DNA of 64,000 nt from Lama guanicoe. Taxonomy: Eukaryota. A program made the position numbers and the translations under genes. The notes under the pieces are model-generated. The model saw only the letters and a list, made by a program, of their open reading frames with translations. It did not search any database and was not told the origin of the DNA. This document shows, one piece after another, positions 13,587 through 26,689 of this stretch (position 1 is the first letter of the stretch; the number at the start of each line of letters is the position of its first letter). The DNA is taken from contig MU053652.1 in the NCBI GenBank assembly GCA_013239625.1, positions 186,001 through 250,000 on the forward strand, read 5' to 3'.

Positions 13587-14931
13587 GGTGGTTGGATAGC
13601 CGGACAGCTGCATTTAAATCAAATGAAGTTAGGACACTCCCTCACACCTTACAATAAACTCAAAATGGCTTAAAGACTTAAACATAAGACAAGAAACCAT
13701 AAATCTCCTAGAAGAGAACGTAGGCAAAACATTCTCTGACATAAATCATAGTAATATTTTCCTAGTCTACCAAGACAATAGAAATAAAAGCAAAAATAAA
13801 TGGAGCCTAAGTAAACTTAGGAGCTTTTGCAGAGCAAAGAAAACTAAACAGAACAAAAAGACAACCTACTGAATGGGAGAAAATATTTGCAAATGATGCA
13901 AGTGACAATAGCTTAATTTCTAGAATACACAAACAGCTCATACAACTCAATAACAAACCAAAAGCCCAATCAAAAAATGGACAGAAGACCTAAACAGACA
14001 TTACTCCAAAGAAGATGTACAGATGGCCAATAGGCACATGAAAAGATGCTGTTTCACTAATTATTAGAGAAACGCAAATCAAAATGACAACGAGTTATCA
14101 CCTCACACTGGTCAGATGGCCATCATTAAAAAGTCTATAAACAGTAAATGCTGGTGAGGGTGTGGAGAAAAGAGAACCCTCTTGCACTGTTGCTGGGAAT
14201 GTAATTTGGTGTAGCCACTATGGAAAACAGTATGGTGATTCCTTAAACTTGAAAATAGACTTACCATTTGATCCAGCAATCCCACTCCTGGGCATATATC
14301 CAGAGAAAACTCCAATTTGAAAAAGTCACATGCACCATAATGTTCATAGCAGCATTATTTAGAATAGCCAAGACATGGAAGCAACCTAAATGTCCATCAA
14401 CAGATGAATGAATAAAGAAGATGTTTATATATATATATAAAAATATATATATAACATATATATACATATACACACAGTGGAATACTACTCAGCCATAAAA
14501 AGAATGAAATCGTTATTTGCAGCAACATGGATAAACCTAGATATGATCATATTAAGTGAAGTAAGTTGGACAGAGAAAGACAAATATATATCACTTATAT
14601 GTGGAATCTAAAAAAAAAAAAATGACACAAATGAACTTATTCCCAAAACAGAAACAGACTCAGAGGACATAGAAAATAAAGGATGGTTACCAAAGGAGAA
14701 GGGGAGGGGAGGGATAAATTAGGAGTTTGGGATTAGCAGATAAACACTACTATATATAAAATAAACAACAAGGTCTTACTGTATAGCACAGGGAACTATA
14801 TTCAATAACCTGTAGTAACTTACAATGAAAAAGAATATGAGAAAGAATAAATGTATATATAACTGAATCACTATGCTGTACACCAGAAACTAACACAAAA
14901 TTGTAAATCAACTGTACTTCAATTTAAAAAA
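13587..14931 (+). mobile_element. 5'-truncated younger L1 (ORF2 3' part + 3'UTR) nested in ORF1 of the host L1
   Basis: Abrupt switch from ORF1 to late-ORF2 sequence (ggacagctgcatttaaatcaaatgaagttagg), complete 3'UTR ending aatttaaaaaa, then ORF1 resumes. Confidence 0.9.
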
Positions 14932-17264
14932 GGAATCTAAACACTTATTTAAATAAGAAGGTAGAGACTATAGGGAGACCCAATTAAAAATAGATAATTC
15001 AATTTCTGATATAAAAAGCACTCTAGAAGTAATGAATAGCCAACTAAAAAACACAGAAGAATGCATAAGTGATCTGGAAGATAGAATAATGGAAATCACC
15101 TAATCAGAACAGAAAGACAAAAAAATGAAAGCAACATATGAGATCTATGCAATAATATAAAATGTGCTAACATACTCATAATACAGGTTTCAGAAGGAGA
15201 AGGGAGAGAAGGGGGGACTGAAAATGTATTTTAAAAAATTATGGTTGAAAATTTCCCAAACCTAGACAAGGAAACAGATTTCAAGGGACAGGAAGCACAT
15301 AGAGTCCAAAACGAGATGAAGCCAAATAGACCCACACCAAAAGTATCTTAACTAAAATGGTAAAAATTAAAGAGAGACTTCTGAAGGCAGCAAGAGAAAA
15401 AAAAAAAAGTCATATACAAGGGAAATCCCATAAGGCTATGAACAGATGTCTCTGCAGAAACTTTGCAAGCCAAGAGGGAGTAACATGATATATTCAAAGT
15501 TCTGAAAGGGAAAAACCTGAAACAGGATGCTGTATACAGCAAGATTATTATTCATAAAAGGACAGATAAAGAATTTTCCAGACAAGCAAAAACAAAGAAT
15601 TCAGCAATACTGAATCTACTCTAAAAGAAATGTTGAGGGGGGTCTTCTCTAAATTGAAAAGAAGTAAGAATTTTTAGGAAAGGGAAAAATCTCAATAGGA
15701 AAAGAAAATATATATTAAGGATTGAAGATCACTTAAGCCAGTATGTAGATTAAAAAAAATTGTAAAAGCAGTTATAACCACAATAAACAGTAAAGGGATA
15801 AGCATGAAGGAGTAAAATATATCAAAAACACAAAATGTAGAGGAGGGGAGTAAAAATGTAGATCTTTTAGAATATGTTTGAACTTAAATGATTATCAGTT
15901 TAAAGCAAGTAGTTACAATTATTGTCAACATATATGAACCCCATAGTAACCACAAATCAAAAACCTACAATAGATACACAAAAACCAAAAAGAAAGGAAT
16001 GCAAGCATACTACAAAAGAAGAGCATCAAACCACAATGGGAAAAACAAAAGGAGAAATGAACAGAGAAGAATTACAAAAACAACTGGAAAATAAGGAATA
16101 AAATGGCAATAAGTACCTATCTGCCAGTAAGTCCTTTAAATGTCAGTGGACTAAATGCTCCAATCAAAAGACATAGGGTGGCTGATTGGATTAAAAACAA
16201 ACAAGACCATTCAATATGCTGCCTGCAAGACTCACTTCAAAGTCAGAGAGACACAGACTGAAAGTGAGGGGTCAGAGAAAGATAATTCATGGAAATTGAA
16301 ATGTCAAGAAAGCAGGATAGCCATATTTATATCAGACAAAATAGACTTTAAAACAAAAGCTGTAAGGAAAGAGAAAGAAGGGCATTATATAATGATAAAG
16401 GGATCAATATGAGAAGAGTATATTATACTTGTTAACATATACACACCCAATACAGGGGCACTTAAATATATAAAGCAAATACTAACAGACATAAAGAGAG
16501 AAATTGACAATAATATATTAATAGTAGGAGACTTTAACACCCCAGTGACATCAATGGAGAGAGCATCCAGACAGCAAATCAATAAGACAACAGGTGTCCT
16601 AAACAACACAGTAGACCAGTTGGACTTGATATCTACAGGATATTCCATTCCCCCAAAAGCTGAACACACATTCTTTTCAAGCACACATAGACTCTTTTCC
16701 AGGATAAATCACAGACAAGTTCACAAAACAAGCCTCAGCAAATACAAGAGGACAGAAATTATATCAAGCATCTTTTCCAACCACAATGGTGTAAAACTAG
16801 AAATCAGCTACAGAAGAAAAATGGGTAAAGAACAGACACATAGAGACTGAACAACAGGCCACTAAAAAACCAATGGGTCAGTGGTAGAATCAGAAGAGGA
16901 AATCAGAAAAGTCAGAGAGAAAATCAGTAAATAACCTTGAGATAAATGAAGATGAAAACAGATTTCTAAAATCTATGCAATGCAGCAAAAGCAGTTCTAA
17001 GAGGGAAGTTCATGGCAACACAGGCCTTCCTCAAGGAACAAAAAAACTCAAACAACCTAACCTACCGCCTGTAAGAACTAGAAAAAGAAGAGCAAGCAAA
17101 GCCCAAAGTCAGCAGAAGGAAGGAAATAATAAAAGACCAGAAAGGAGGTAAATAAAACGGAGAGCAACAAAATAGTAGGGAAAAAATCAATGAAACCAAG
17201 AGCTGATTTTTTTAAAAGATAAACAAAATTAATAAACCTTTAGCCAGGCTCACCAAGAAAAAAT

Positions 17265-17431
17265 GAATCAAGTAAACATAAAAAGAAATGAAAGAAGAAT
17301 TATAACTGATACCACAGAGATACAAAAATTCATAAAAGAATACTAGGAATCAAGTAAACATAAAAAGAAATGAAAGAAGAAGAATTATAACTGATACCAC
17401 AGAGATACAAAAATTCATAAAAGAATACTAT
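17265..17431. repeat. 82/85-bp tandem duplication in L1 ORF2
   Basis: gaatcaagtaaacataaaaagaaatgaaagaag...aagaatacta repeated; the second copy has an extra 3 nt. Confidence 0.95.
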
Positions 17432-18630
17432 GAATAGCTATATGCCAACAAATTGGATAATCTAGAAGAAATGGACAAATTTCTAGAAACATACAGCCTG
17501 CCAAGGCTGAGTTAAGAAGAAACAATTTGAACAGACCAATCACTAGAAGTGAAATAGAATATGTTGAAAGAAAACAAAAAACAAACAAAAAAAAACCTCC
17601 CAGCGAACAAAAAGACCAGGATTAAATGGTTTCATTGGGGAATTCTACCAAACATATAATGAAGAACTTTAACCTATCCATTTCAAACTATTTCAGAAAC
17701 CTGTAGCGTGAATTCCCCAATTCATTCTATGAGGTCACCATTATGCTGGTTGCTGATCACAAAACCAAAGAGACTACAACAAAAGAAAATTACAGGCTAA
17801 TATCTGTGATGAATATGGATGCAAAAGTCCTTAAGAAAACATTAGCAAACCGAATCCAACAATACATAAAAAGGATCACACACCATGATCAAGTTGGATT
17901 TATCCTAGGGTCACAGTGATGGGTCAACATATGCAAATCACTCCATGTGACACACCACATTAACAAAAGGAAAGACAAACCACATGGTTGTCTCAGCAGA
18001 TGCAGAAAACTCATTTGACAAAATCCAACATCCATTCATGATTAAAAAAAAAAAACAATCTGTCATCAAAGTGACTATAAGGGAACATATCTCAACATAA
18101 CAAAGGCCATTTACAACAAACCCACAGCCAACATGATACTCATTGGTGAAAAGCTGAAAGCCTTCCTGCTAAATTCAGGAACAAGACAAGGATGCCCTTG
18201 CCACTTCTACATAGCATAGCAGTGGAAGCCCCAGCCACAGCAGTTAGACAAAAGAAAGAAATGAACGGTATCCAGGTTGGAAGGGAAGAGGTAAAACTAT
18301 CATTGCTTGCAGATGACATGATACCCTAGATAGAGAACTGTACAGTCTCCACACGAAAACTGTTAGAACTAATAAATGAATTCAGCAAGATTATAGGATA
18401 CAAGATTAATATATAAAAATCTGTTGCAGTTTTATACACTAATAATGAAATATGGGGGTAGGGGGAGAGAAAAAGAAAAATCCTGCTTAACATCACATCA
18501 AAAAAATAAAATACGTAGGAATAAACTTAACCAAAGAGGTGAAAGACTGATACTCTGACAACTAGAAAACATTGATGAAGGAAACTGAAGATGATTCAAA
18601 GAAATGGAAAGATAACCCGTGCTCTTAGAT

Positions 18631-18740
18631 TGGAAGAATATTATTAAAATGGCCAGACTACTCAAAGCAACATATAGATTTAATGCTGGAAGAATATTAT
18701 TAAAATGGCCAGACTACTCAAAGCAACATATAGATTTAAT
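18631..18740. repeat. Perfect 54-bp tandem duplication (period 56) in L1 ORF2
   Basis: tggaagaatattattaaaatggccagactactcaaagcaacatatagatttaat x2. Confidence 0.95.
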
Positions 18741-19933
18741 ACAATCCCTATCAAAATACCCAGGACATTTTTCACAGAACAAAAAAATCCTAAAATTATA
18801 TGGAACTAGAAAAGGCCCCAAATTGCCAAAGTAATGCTGAGAAAAAAAGAACAAATCTGGAGGAGTCACCTCCCCAGACTTCAGACTATACTACCAAGCT
18901 ACAGTAATCAAAATAGCATGGTACTGGCACAAAAACAGACACATAGATCAATGGAGCAGAATTGAGGGCCTGGAAATAAACCCACACACCTACAGTCAAT
19001 TAATCTATGATAAAGGAGACAAGAATGTACAATGGAGAAAAGACAGTCTTCAACAGTTGTGCTGGGAAAACTGGAAAGCTACATGTAAAAGAATGAGATT
19101 AGAACATTACCTCATACCATATGCAAAAATAAACCCCAAGTGGTTTAAAGACCAAATCTAAGAGCAGAAGCCATAAAAGTTCTAGAAGAGAACAAAGGGA
19201 GAACACTCTTTGACATAAATTGTAGCAATATTTTCTTGGATTAGTCTCCTAAGGCAGAAGAAATAAAAGCAAAAATAAACAAATGGGGCCTAATTAAACT
19301 TAAAAGCTTTTGCACAGCAAAGCAAACCACTGACAAAACAAAAAGACAACCTGCGGAATGGGAGAAAGTAGCTGCAAATGATGCGACCAACAAGGGGTTA
19401 ATATCCAAACTATATAAACAGCTCATACAACTCAATATCAAAAAAACCCCAACTTAATCAAAAAACAGGCAGAAGACTTGAATAGACATTTTTCCAGAGA
19501 AGATATACAGATGGCTAGCTAATAGGTACACTGAAAAGATGCTCAACATTACTAATTATTAGAGAAATGTAAATTAAAACCACAATGAGGTTATCACCTC
19601 ATACCTGTCAGAATGGCTATCATCAAAAAGCTTCCAAATAACAAATGTTGGAGAGGGAGTGGAGAACAGGGTACCCTTGTACACTATTGGTTGGAATGTT
19701 AATTGGTATAGCTACTATGGAAAACAGTGTGGAAGTTCCTTAAAAAAACTAAAAATAGAACTACCATATGAGCTGGTAATTTCACTCCTGGGTATATATT
19801 CAGTAAAAAGGAAAACAATAATTTTAAAAGAGCCATGCATCCTAGTGTTCACAGCAGCACTATTTACAATAGCCAAGACATGAAAGCAACCCAAATGTCC
19901 ATCAACAGATGACTGGATTAGGAAGATGTGAGA

Positions 19934-19993
19934 TACACACACACGCACACATATACATACATACATACATACATACATACATACATACATACA
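19934..19993. repeat. (AC)n/(ATAC)n microsatellite within the 3' part of the L1
   Basis: About 10 ATAC units seen directly. Confidence 0.9.
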
Positions 19994-21089
19994 ATGGAAT
20001 ATTACTCAGCCATAAAAAAGAATGAAATACTGCCATTTGCAGCAATGTGGATGGACCCAGAGAATATTATGCTTAGTGAAATAAGTCAGGGAAATACTGT
20101 GTGATACCACTTACATGTAGAATCTAAAAATGATACAAATGAATGTATATACAAAACAGAAACAGAATCACAGATATAGAAAACAAATTTGTGATTACCA
20201 AAGTGGAGAGGGAAGTGAGGCAGGACAAATTAGGGGTATGGGATTAACAGATACAAACAACTCTATATATAAAATAGATAAGCAACAAAGATACACTGTA
20301 TAGCACAGGGAATTATACCCATTGTCTTGTAATAACCATAATGGAATGTAATCTGCAAAAATACTGAATCACTATGCTATAATCTGAAACTAACACAATA
20401 TTGTAAATCAACTATACATCAATTTTCAAAAGTGACTTTTTTATTTTTTTGGCCATAAAATCCTATCTTGTATACCCAGTGACTTTACGAATGTAAAAAA
20501 AGGCTGCGGTGGCAAATACCAGTAGCAAAACAGGACTCTGGAATAATTCTGCTTCTTAAATATTCACATCAGATTGTTCCCATTATTCTTGGTATCTGAA
20601 GCACATGCCTTTTGGGTTCATCAACATTATCAGTATGCATTATGAAGACGTATGTAATTAAAGTACAAAATCTTTATCAATAATTTGCCTGAATAGCTAT
20701 AATTTACAGGATGTTTAATGTATGCATTAATCGTTCTATTTAGTTTCTCCAAGTTCTGCCTCAGGAAGCATTTAAATTATGTTATCTCATCTACCTGGAT
20801 AAACGCCATCCCTGAATTATACTTTGATAATAAACCTTCAATCATTACACAAGGATCATTACAGTTTTCATTTTCAGGGATTCAGTATCTTTGGCCCAAG
20901 TGGAGTTTACTGCATAATACATTACCCACGGGATTGCCTAATATCCCCCTTTCAAACAAGAATCAATGTTATAACACTGCTCAGATTTTAGTTCTAGAAA
21001 ACATTTGTCCCTGCACTTATGTTTGCATATGTAATTTTGTCAGAAAATAAAAACTTAACTGCCATTCATTTTATACAAATTTTATCAGA

Positions 21090-21300
21090 ATCAGTTTTAA
21101 CTATGTGGAATAGAAACCAAACTACAGTAACTTAACCTCATGGTTTATTTCTCACCGGAGGTAGGCAGCCTGGGGCTGGTTCAGCCACTCTAGAAAGTCG
21201 TCAAGAAAAGCAAGTGGAAGCTTCCATAAGATGGTGCATCTGCAAAAGCCCTCCTCTGCCCACTATCATGGGTTGAGCAACTATACCGCTCTTGATTCAT
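21090..21300 (-). mobile_element. Old MaLR LTR fragment (MLT1J/K-like)
   Basis: aatagaaaccaaactacagtaacttaa...tttatttctcac...ggtaggcagcctggggctgg resembles late MLT1 consensus. Confidence 0.4.
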
Positions 21301-24300
21301 TTCTGCCTTCCACATCGCACTGGTGCACGGCATTAGAGGGCTCTCCCAGAACACAGCTGGCAAAGATTTCGGGGACTGGAGATTCCAAGATTCTCAAGCC
21401 CTCTGGTACAAGGAAGAGATTAGGATTAGATAGGGAACAGCTGAACTGCCAGCAGGCACTCCAGCACGGTGCCCCATGGCTGGACTATTAATCTGTACTG
21501 TTTAACTTCCAGACCAACAAGTCAAATAAAACAGCATGCTTCTGCCTAATAAGATATGACATCCCTCACACAAATGAACATGCTCTCCTTTTTTCCCCTT
21601 AAATCCCCAGATCCATCTCTGGTTCAGTCACAGTTCCCCTTTGATATCCTGTAACCTGAAGCCAAAACTTTAGTTAACCACTACATGTTCTTACATAAAA
21701 TGAAAAAGTGGGGGATGGGGATTTGTTGCTGAAAAGAAAATTAATTTGCATTAACTTCCATTAACTTGTACCTCTGGGCATGTAAGCACTAAGAAAGTTT
21801 CCCAGAGGATGCCTTGAGTTGCAAACATTCCTTGTGTCCGTGACATGGCAGTACCTCTGTTTCCCCTTCATAATCAAGATCAATACCTCACTCCCCTCCC
21901 CACAGATGATAACCATCCTCCACTTTGCCTATGGCTTCAGTGACGTCAGAAATCAAAAGTGAGGAGGTGACAATCTCAACTTCCCCCTCAACTGGACCTG
22001 CTGCATCCCTCCCTTGGGATCTAAAAGCTGTAGCCCAGCAGCACTTAACGTCGTGAGAAAGAAAAACACACGTGTTGCAACTGTTTTGTTAGGGGTGATG
22101 ATGTGAAGCCACTTCACATCTACCTCCTAATTCTTGGACCCCTGTTTTCTCTGTTGGTGAAAAGGGACTGTCTGTTGGTTGCTGGTTCAAGCAGATACTT
22201 GCAGAACAGCAGGTTTTAACTGTTCTTCCAATTGGCTCACACTGAGACTGAAGCAGGCAAACCTAGAGCCTTTTTTTCTGGCTGCTGCAGAAACAGCCAG
22301 GTCTCAGGTAGTGTTCCAGTTTCCAACAGCTTGAGTGGCATGGAGTTGGTTGACCTGAGTTAATCCGTCTGTCTCTACATCTTTCTCAAACGCTACTTAA
22401 ACACTTGCAAATGAAACACACATTTGCAGTGCTTCTTGGTGTAAAAAATCCTGAAAGTGACAATTTTTTCTTTTTCTTCTGAAGGCTTTCCAGTCCCCCC
22501 ACCCCTACTCTCTTTCTTTGGTGGACCCATTTTAAATGTGTTAAATCTAGGAAAAGATGTCATCAAAAGGAGAAAAACAGGTGGGGAAGAAAGAGATGAA
22601 AACACTCTTTGACAGTTCACTTCTGTTTTGCAGCTGTGAGAGCCGCAGCTTTGAATTGTGTTACCTCCCTCACCAAGTTAATTCATCTTCTTTTAAAAAA
22701 ACAAAAAACAAAACCAGAAAAACCCACATCTCCTTCCTTCAATCAATGTCAACAGCCAATTACAACCTTTCATCACCCAAAGTGCAATAACACAAATGTT
22801 ATCAAAGAAGAAAACAGTTGGACTGACGAGATTAGCAATTCACTCCTTTCTTAATCTTGTAATCACATGGTATGCAGCAGTTTACAATAACATACACCCA
22901 AGTTTGCCAGTAAATTACTCTAGAAAGGCCTTGTGTGCATTCCCCATCCTGTCATGTCTACTTTTGGCACAGAAGCACGTGTCTTCCCGTAGAAGACACA
23001 GGATGAATTAAGATCGGCTCCTTAGAGAGCTTTTCCCTCATCCATTAAGCCCTGCAGAAGGCTGTTAATTATGTAAAGAGGGGCACACTTGGTGGAATAT
23101 ACAACCATGAGTGGCATTTAGGGACGTCAGAAAACGGAGACAGCTGACAGTGACAGAAGTTACTTCACCAGTGCTAAGATTAGCACTCTGCTGTCATGTG
23201 CTGGAAGGCAGAAGGCTTCTTGCCTTATGGGGATCAAATATTTGTTGATATGATTTGGGTTTTTTCCCTAACTCCTTTGGGAAGCCCAGCTTTGTTATCA
23301 GTGCTCAAAAACCAAACTCCCTACCACCCCAGGGGGTGTGAATGTAAGGGGTATGAATTTTAGATCACCAACAGGATTGTGAAAGGAATGTCTCATATAA
23401 ATGATATAAAGAAATTAACTTAACAGATTCTCATTCTGCCCTCATTCTTCCAGGCTGGTGGGGGTCTCAAGTTCCTTCTTGCCAAGGCTGCCCCATCTCC
23501 CTGGGGTTGAGGAAAGACCCAGGAGGCTCATATGATGTTTAGAAATTGAATGAAGGGTTCTGAATTCCTGTCCACTCTTGATGGGTGGGGTCTCTGAAGC
23601 TACTGCATCCACACTCATTCCCTGATTCTAGACCCTGAAGGAGGATTTCTCTTTCTTGAGTGGCTACAGGAATTTTGGCCAATCTTGGATTTTATCTGAG
23701 AGCAATCACACTGCTTTCAGAGCCCCTCTACTGTGGAAACTGGAACATATTTCCTCCTTTTCCAAAGCCCTCTTCATCATTTCTGCCAGGACTCCGCCAG
23801 GATGTCCTATAACTGAATAGCCCAGGAAGGCATGAAGATCAGGCCTCACATTAACCACCGCTGGAGTCACACACTTTTCATACAGGATCAGATCTTGGCA
23901 GTCCATAGGTAAGTCAACACAGCCAGAATATTTCTTAATGAAAACATATCTCCCAAATCTCGGGATCATCCTTACGTAGCCAAAATATAGCCACCATAGA
24001 CAATTTATGGAAGACATGAATTATCTGCACTCAGCATGCTGAGTGCCTTGTGCTTGACAGTCTCCCACCAAGAGTGAATGAAAATGTATCTATTTCAAAT
24101 CAGAGAGGCACACGCTCTGCTGTGGATACTGCATGTTGAGTTCATTTCACATAGCTAAGGCACAGATTCACAAAAACACACTTCTCGCTGACAGTGTGCA
24201 GGCATTTGAAGGTGCTGGGAAAAATATGTTATGCACCTCTGCCACTTGCAGTGCCCAGACATGCCTTTGGCATGGCATGCTAACCAACCATTTTACAAGC

Positions 24301-24533
24301 AAGAATATATGATGATAAATGAAGTTTTAAAATACACGATCAATGACAAGTTATTGATAATGAGCTATGAAGGGTTAAGATTTCTTACTATTTTAAGTGA
24401 ATTATTCTAATTAATTGTTGACTATCACAATTCACAAGTGTTGTGCCAAACTATAAAAATACCAAGCCAAAAAACTTGGAACTTATTTCAAGGCACTTAC
24501 AGTCTAATGCAGTAATCATACATATAAGACACA

Positions 24534-24595
24534 CTATTGTAAATAGTGCTGCTATGAACATTGGGGTGCATGTATCTTTTCAAATTGGAGTTTCC
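24534..24595 (-). mobile_element. 62-bp internal L1 fragment (late ORF2)
   Basis: ctattgtaaatagtgctgctatgaacattggggtgcatgtatcttttcaaatt is closely similar to the L1 segments at ~4463-4520 and ~59175-59220. Confidence 0.85.
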
Positions 24596-24599
24596 ACCA

Positions 24600-24713
24600 C
24601 ATATATTAGGCAAGTATTTTTTGAGCAAGCTACTGTCGCGTGGTGTTCCACCACTGGGAATACACTGATGAGCAAAATCAACAGAATCCCTGTCCTTACA
24701 GAGTCTAGATCTA
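24600..24713 (-). mobile_element. L2 3'-end fragment
   Basis: tattttttgagcaagctactg...actgggaatacactgatgagcaaaa...ccctgtccttacagagtct. Confidence 0.55.
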
Positions 24714-25301
24714 ACAGAACAAGATGCCCGCTCTCGCCACTTTTATTCAACACAGTTTTGGAAGTCCTAGTCACAGCAATCAGAGAAGAAAAAGAAAGGG
24801 AATCAAATTGGAAAGGAAGAAGTAAAACTGTTGCTGTTTGCAGACGACATGATACTATACATAGAAAACCCTACACAGGAAGCAGCTGCATTTCTGTACA
24901 CTAGCAATGAACTATCAGAAACTAGGGAAACAATCCCATTTACCTTTGCATCAGGAAGAATAAAATATCTAGGAATAAACCTACCCAAGGAGGCAAAAGA
25001 CCTGTACTCTGAAAACTTCAAGATGCTGATTCAAGAAACTTAAGTAGGCACAAACAGATGGAAAGATATATAATGTTTTTGAATTGGAAGAATCAATATT
25101 ATTTAAGTGACTACACTATCCAAGGCAATCTATAGATTCAATGAATTCCCTATCAAAATACCAATGTCATTCTTCACAGAACTAAAACAAAAAAATTTTT
25201 TTAATTTGTATGGAAACACAAAAGACCCCAAATAGCCAAAACAATCTTGAGAAAGAAGAACAGAGCTGGAGGAATCACGCTGACTTCAGACTACACTCCA
25301 A
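24714..25301 (+). mobile_element. Internal L1 ORF2 (RT region) fragment, no 3'UTR or poly(A)
   Basis: [24 protein letters not shown] and IKYLGINL peptides; internal deletion near 24873. Confidence 0.9.
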
Positions 25302-25824
25302 ATAATCTTTGTAGATTTAATGTTAAATTTCAGAATTAAGAGCTCTGGAGTAGGAAAAAATAAGAACAAAAATGAAAACTTTGGCTCTCAAAATACCATT
25401 TATGCAAATAATTCCAACAAATTAAAATTTACTGAGCATTATAGCAGCTGTCAAATTGCCCATAAATTACGTGATTACACATAAATTATGTGTTCAGTTG
25501 GTTTAGGTTATGGGGGAATATTAGAAATTGGTTTAACTCCAAATGGTACTCGGAGAAGCAAAAATTATTATTGTACATTGATAATTTAAAAATAAAAATG
25601 AGTAACCCACATGTCAAAGGAGTTGTCTATTTATCTTTCCAAAAAGTTATCTAGGAAAAATTGCCCAAAATGCTAGGAATGGGAAATTTTAAGAGGAATT
25701 TCTATATAATGTGATGGGTTAAGCTGACATGGATGGGTCCCCTTCCTGTTTCGAACCCATAGTTAGTCTGGGAGGAAAAAAGTGTAACAAGGAAGGGAGG
25801 GAGGAAAGAAGAAAAATTAAGCTA

Positions 25825-26660
25825 TAAACTAGAAGAATGTATTTGTCATATATATATTCTTTATATATATATATATCAGATAAAGAACTGGTACTCAGCG
25901 TTTATTTTAAAAAAATAACTTCTAAAATCAATAAGGAAAAGACAAACAACTGACTAGAACAACCAGGAAAAAAGACATAAACAGTATTTCACAGAATAAA
26001 AAACATCCAGTGGACTCTGAACATGAAAGGACGCTCAATCTCATGGGTAATTAGGGAAGTGCATCCTAAAACCAAACTGATGTGTCATGTTCCATTCATC
26101 AGATTGACCAACGCTGAAAAGTCAGAAAATAACAAGTATGGACAAGGAGTGTATCAATAGGAACTTTTTTAAAAAAATACTTTGCTATGGAGTGTAAATT
26201 GGAACAGCTAACTTGGAAAATAATTTGACATTATCTTTTAAAGCTGAAAACATGTCTCTCCTAGGAACAGAAATTCCACTCCTGGCTTCACCCAATGAGA
26301 AACTCTTAAGACACGTGTACCAGCAGACAAGTCCAAGACTGTTCACAGTAGTGCTGCTGGCTTTACACAATAAAAATAAATTTTTTTTAATGGAAAAGGT
26401 CAAAATTGTCATTATAAGAGAATGGAAAAAATGGAAGAGTTATGAACGAACTATAGCTTTACTTGTCAACGAAGATGAATCTCAAAGACATACTGTTGGA
26501 TGAGAAAAGCAAATCTCAGAAGATGATACATGGAATGCTAGCATTTTCATAAAGGTCAAAAATCAGCAACACCAAACAGTATGTACTATTGAAAAACACA
26601 AGGTAACAAAAGGCAAACTGACAATTGAGAATTGCAGTTATCTCTGCCTCCTGGGGCTTA
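25825..26660 (+). mobile_element. Old L1 (L1M-type) 3' region
   Basis: Degenerate late-ORF2/3'UTR motifs (gtgtaaattggaacagctaacttggaaaataatttg, aattccactcctgg). Confidence 0.75.
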
Positions 26661-26689
26661 CATTTTAATACGGGGAAGTATACAATAAA

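Larger units (their letters stand above)
12043..20430 (+). mobile_element. Full-length decayed LINE-1 interrupted by a nested L1
   Basis: 5' CAAGATGG 12052-12059, GC-rich 5'UTR, ORF1 remnants (~13.4-15.65 kb), endonuclease peptide IAIFISDKIDFK...EGHYIMIKGSI, RT motif gcagatgacatg (~18309) and 3'UTR ending near 20430. No clear TSD. Confidence 0.93.

Noticed and set aside
3962..20430. L1 ORF1/ORF2 as functional retrotransposon genes
   Set aside because: Both elements carry many stops and frameshifts. The RT motif is altered (FAED) in the first, and ORF1 is interrupted in the second.
12020..20450. TSD for the second full-length L1, and for the young L1 at 40611-41094
   Set aside because: No convincing matching flanks found, so none is claimed.
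23322..23342. CTCF-like ccaccccagggggtgtg; also a weak match near 54625-54643
   Set aside because: Key core positions mismatch; much weaker than the sites at 30.3 and 45.3 kb.
24443..24904. 153-aa ORF
   Set aside because: It is a chimera of L2, antisense L1 and sense L1 fragments reading through junctions, with a non-ATG start.
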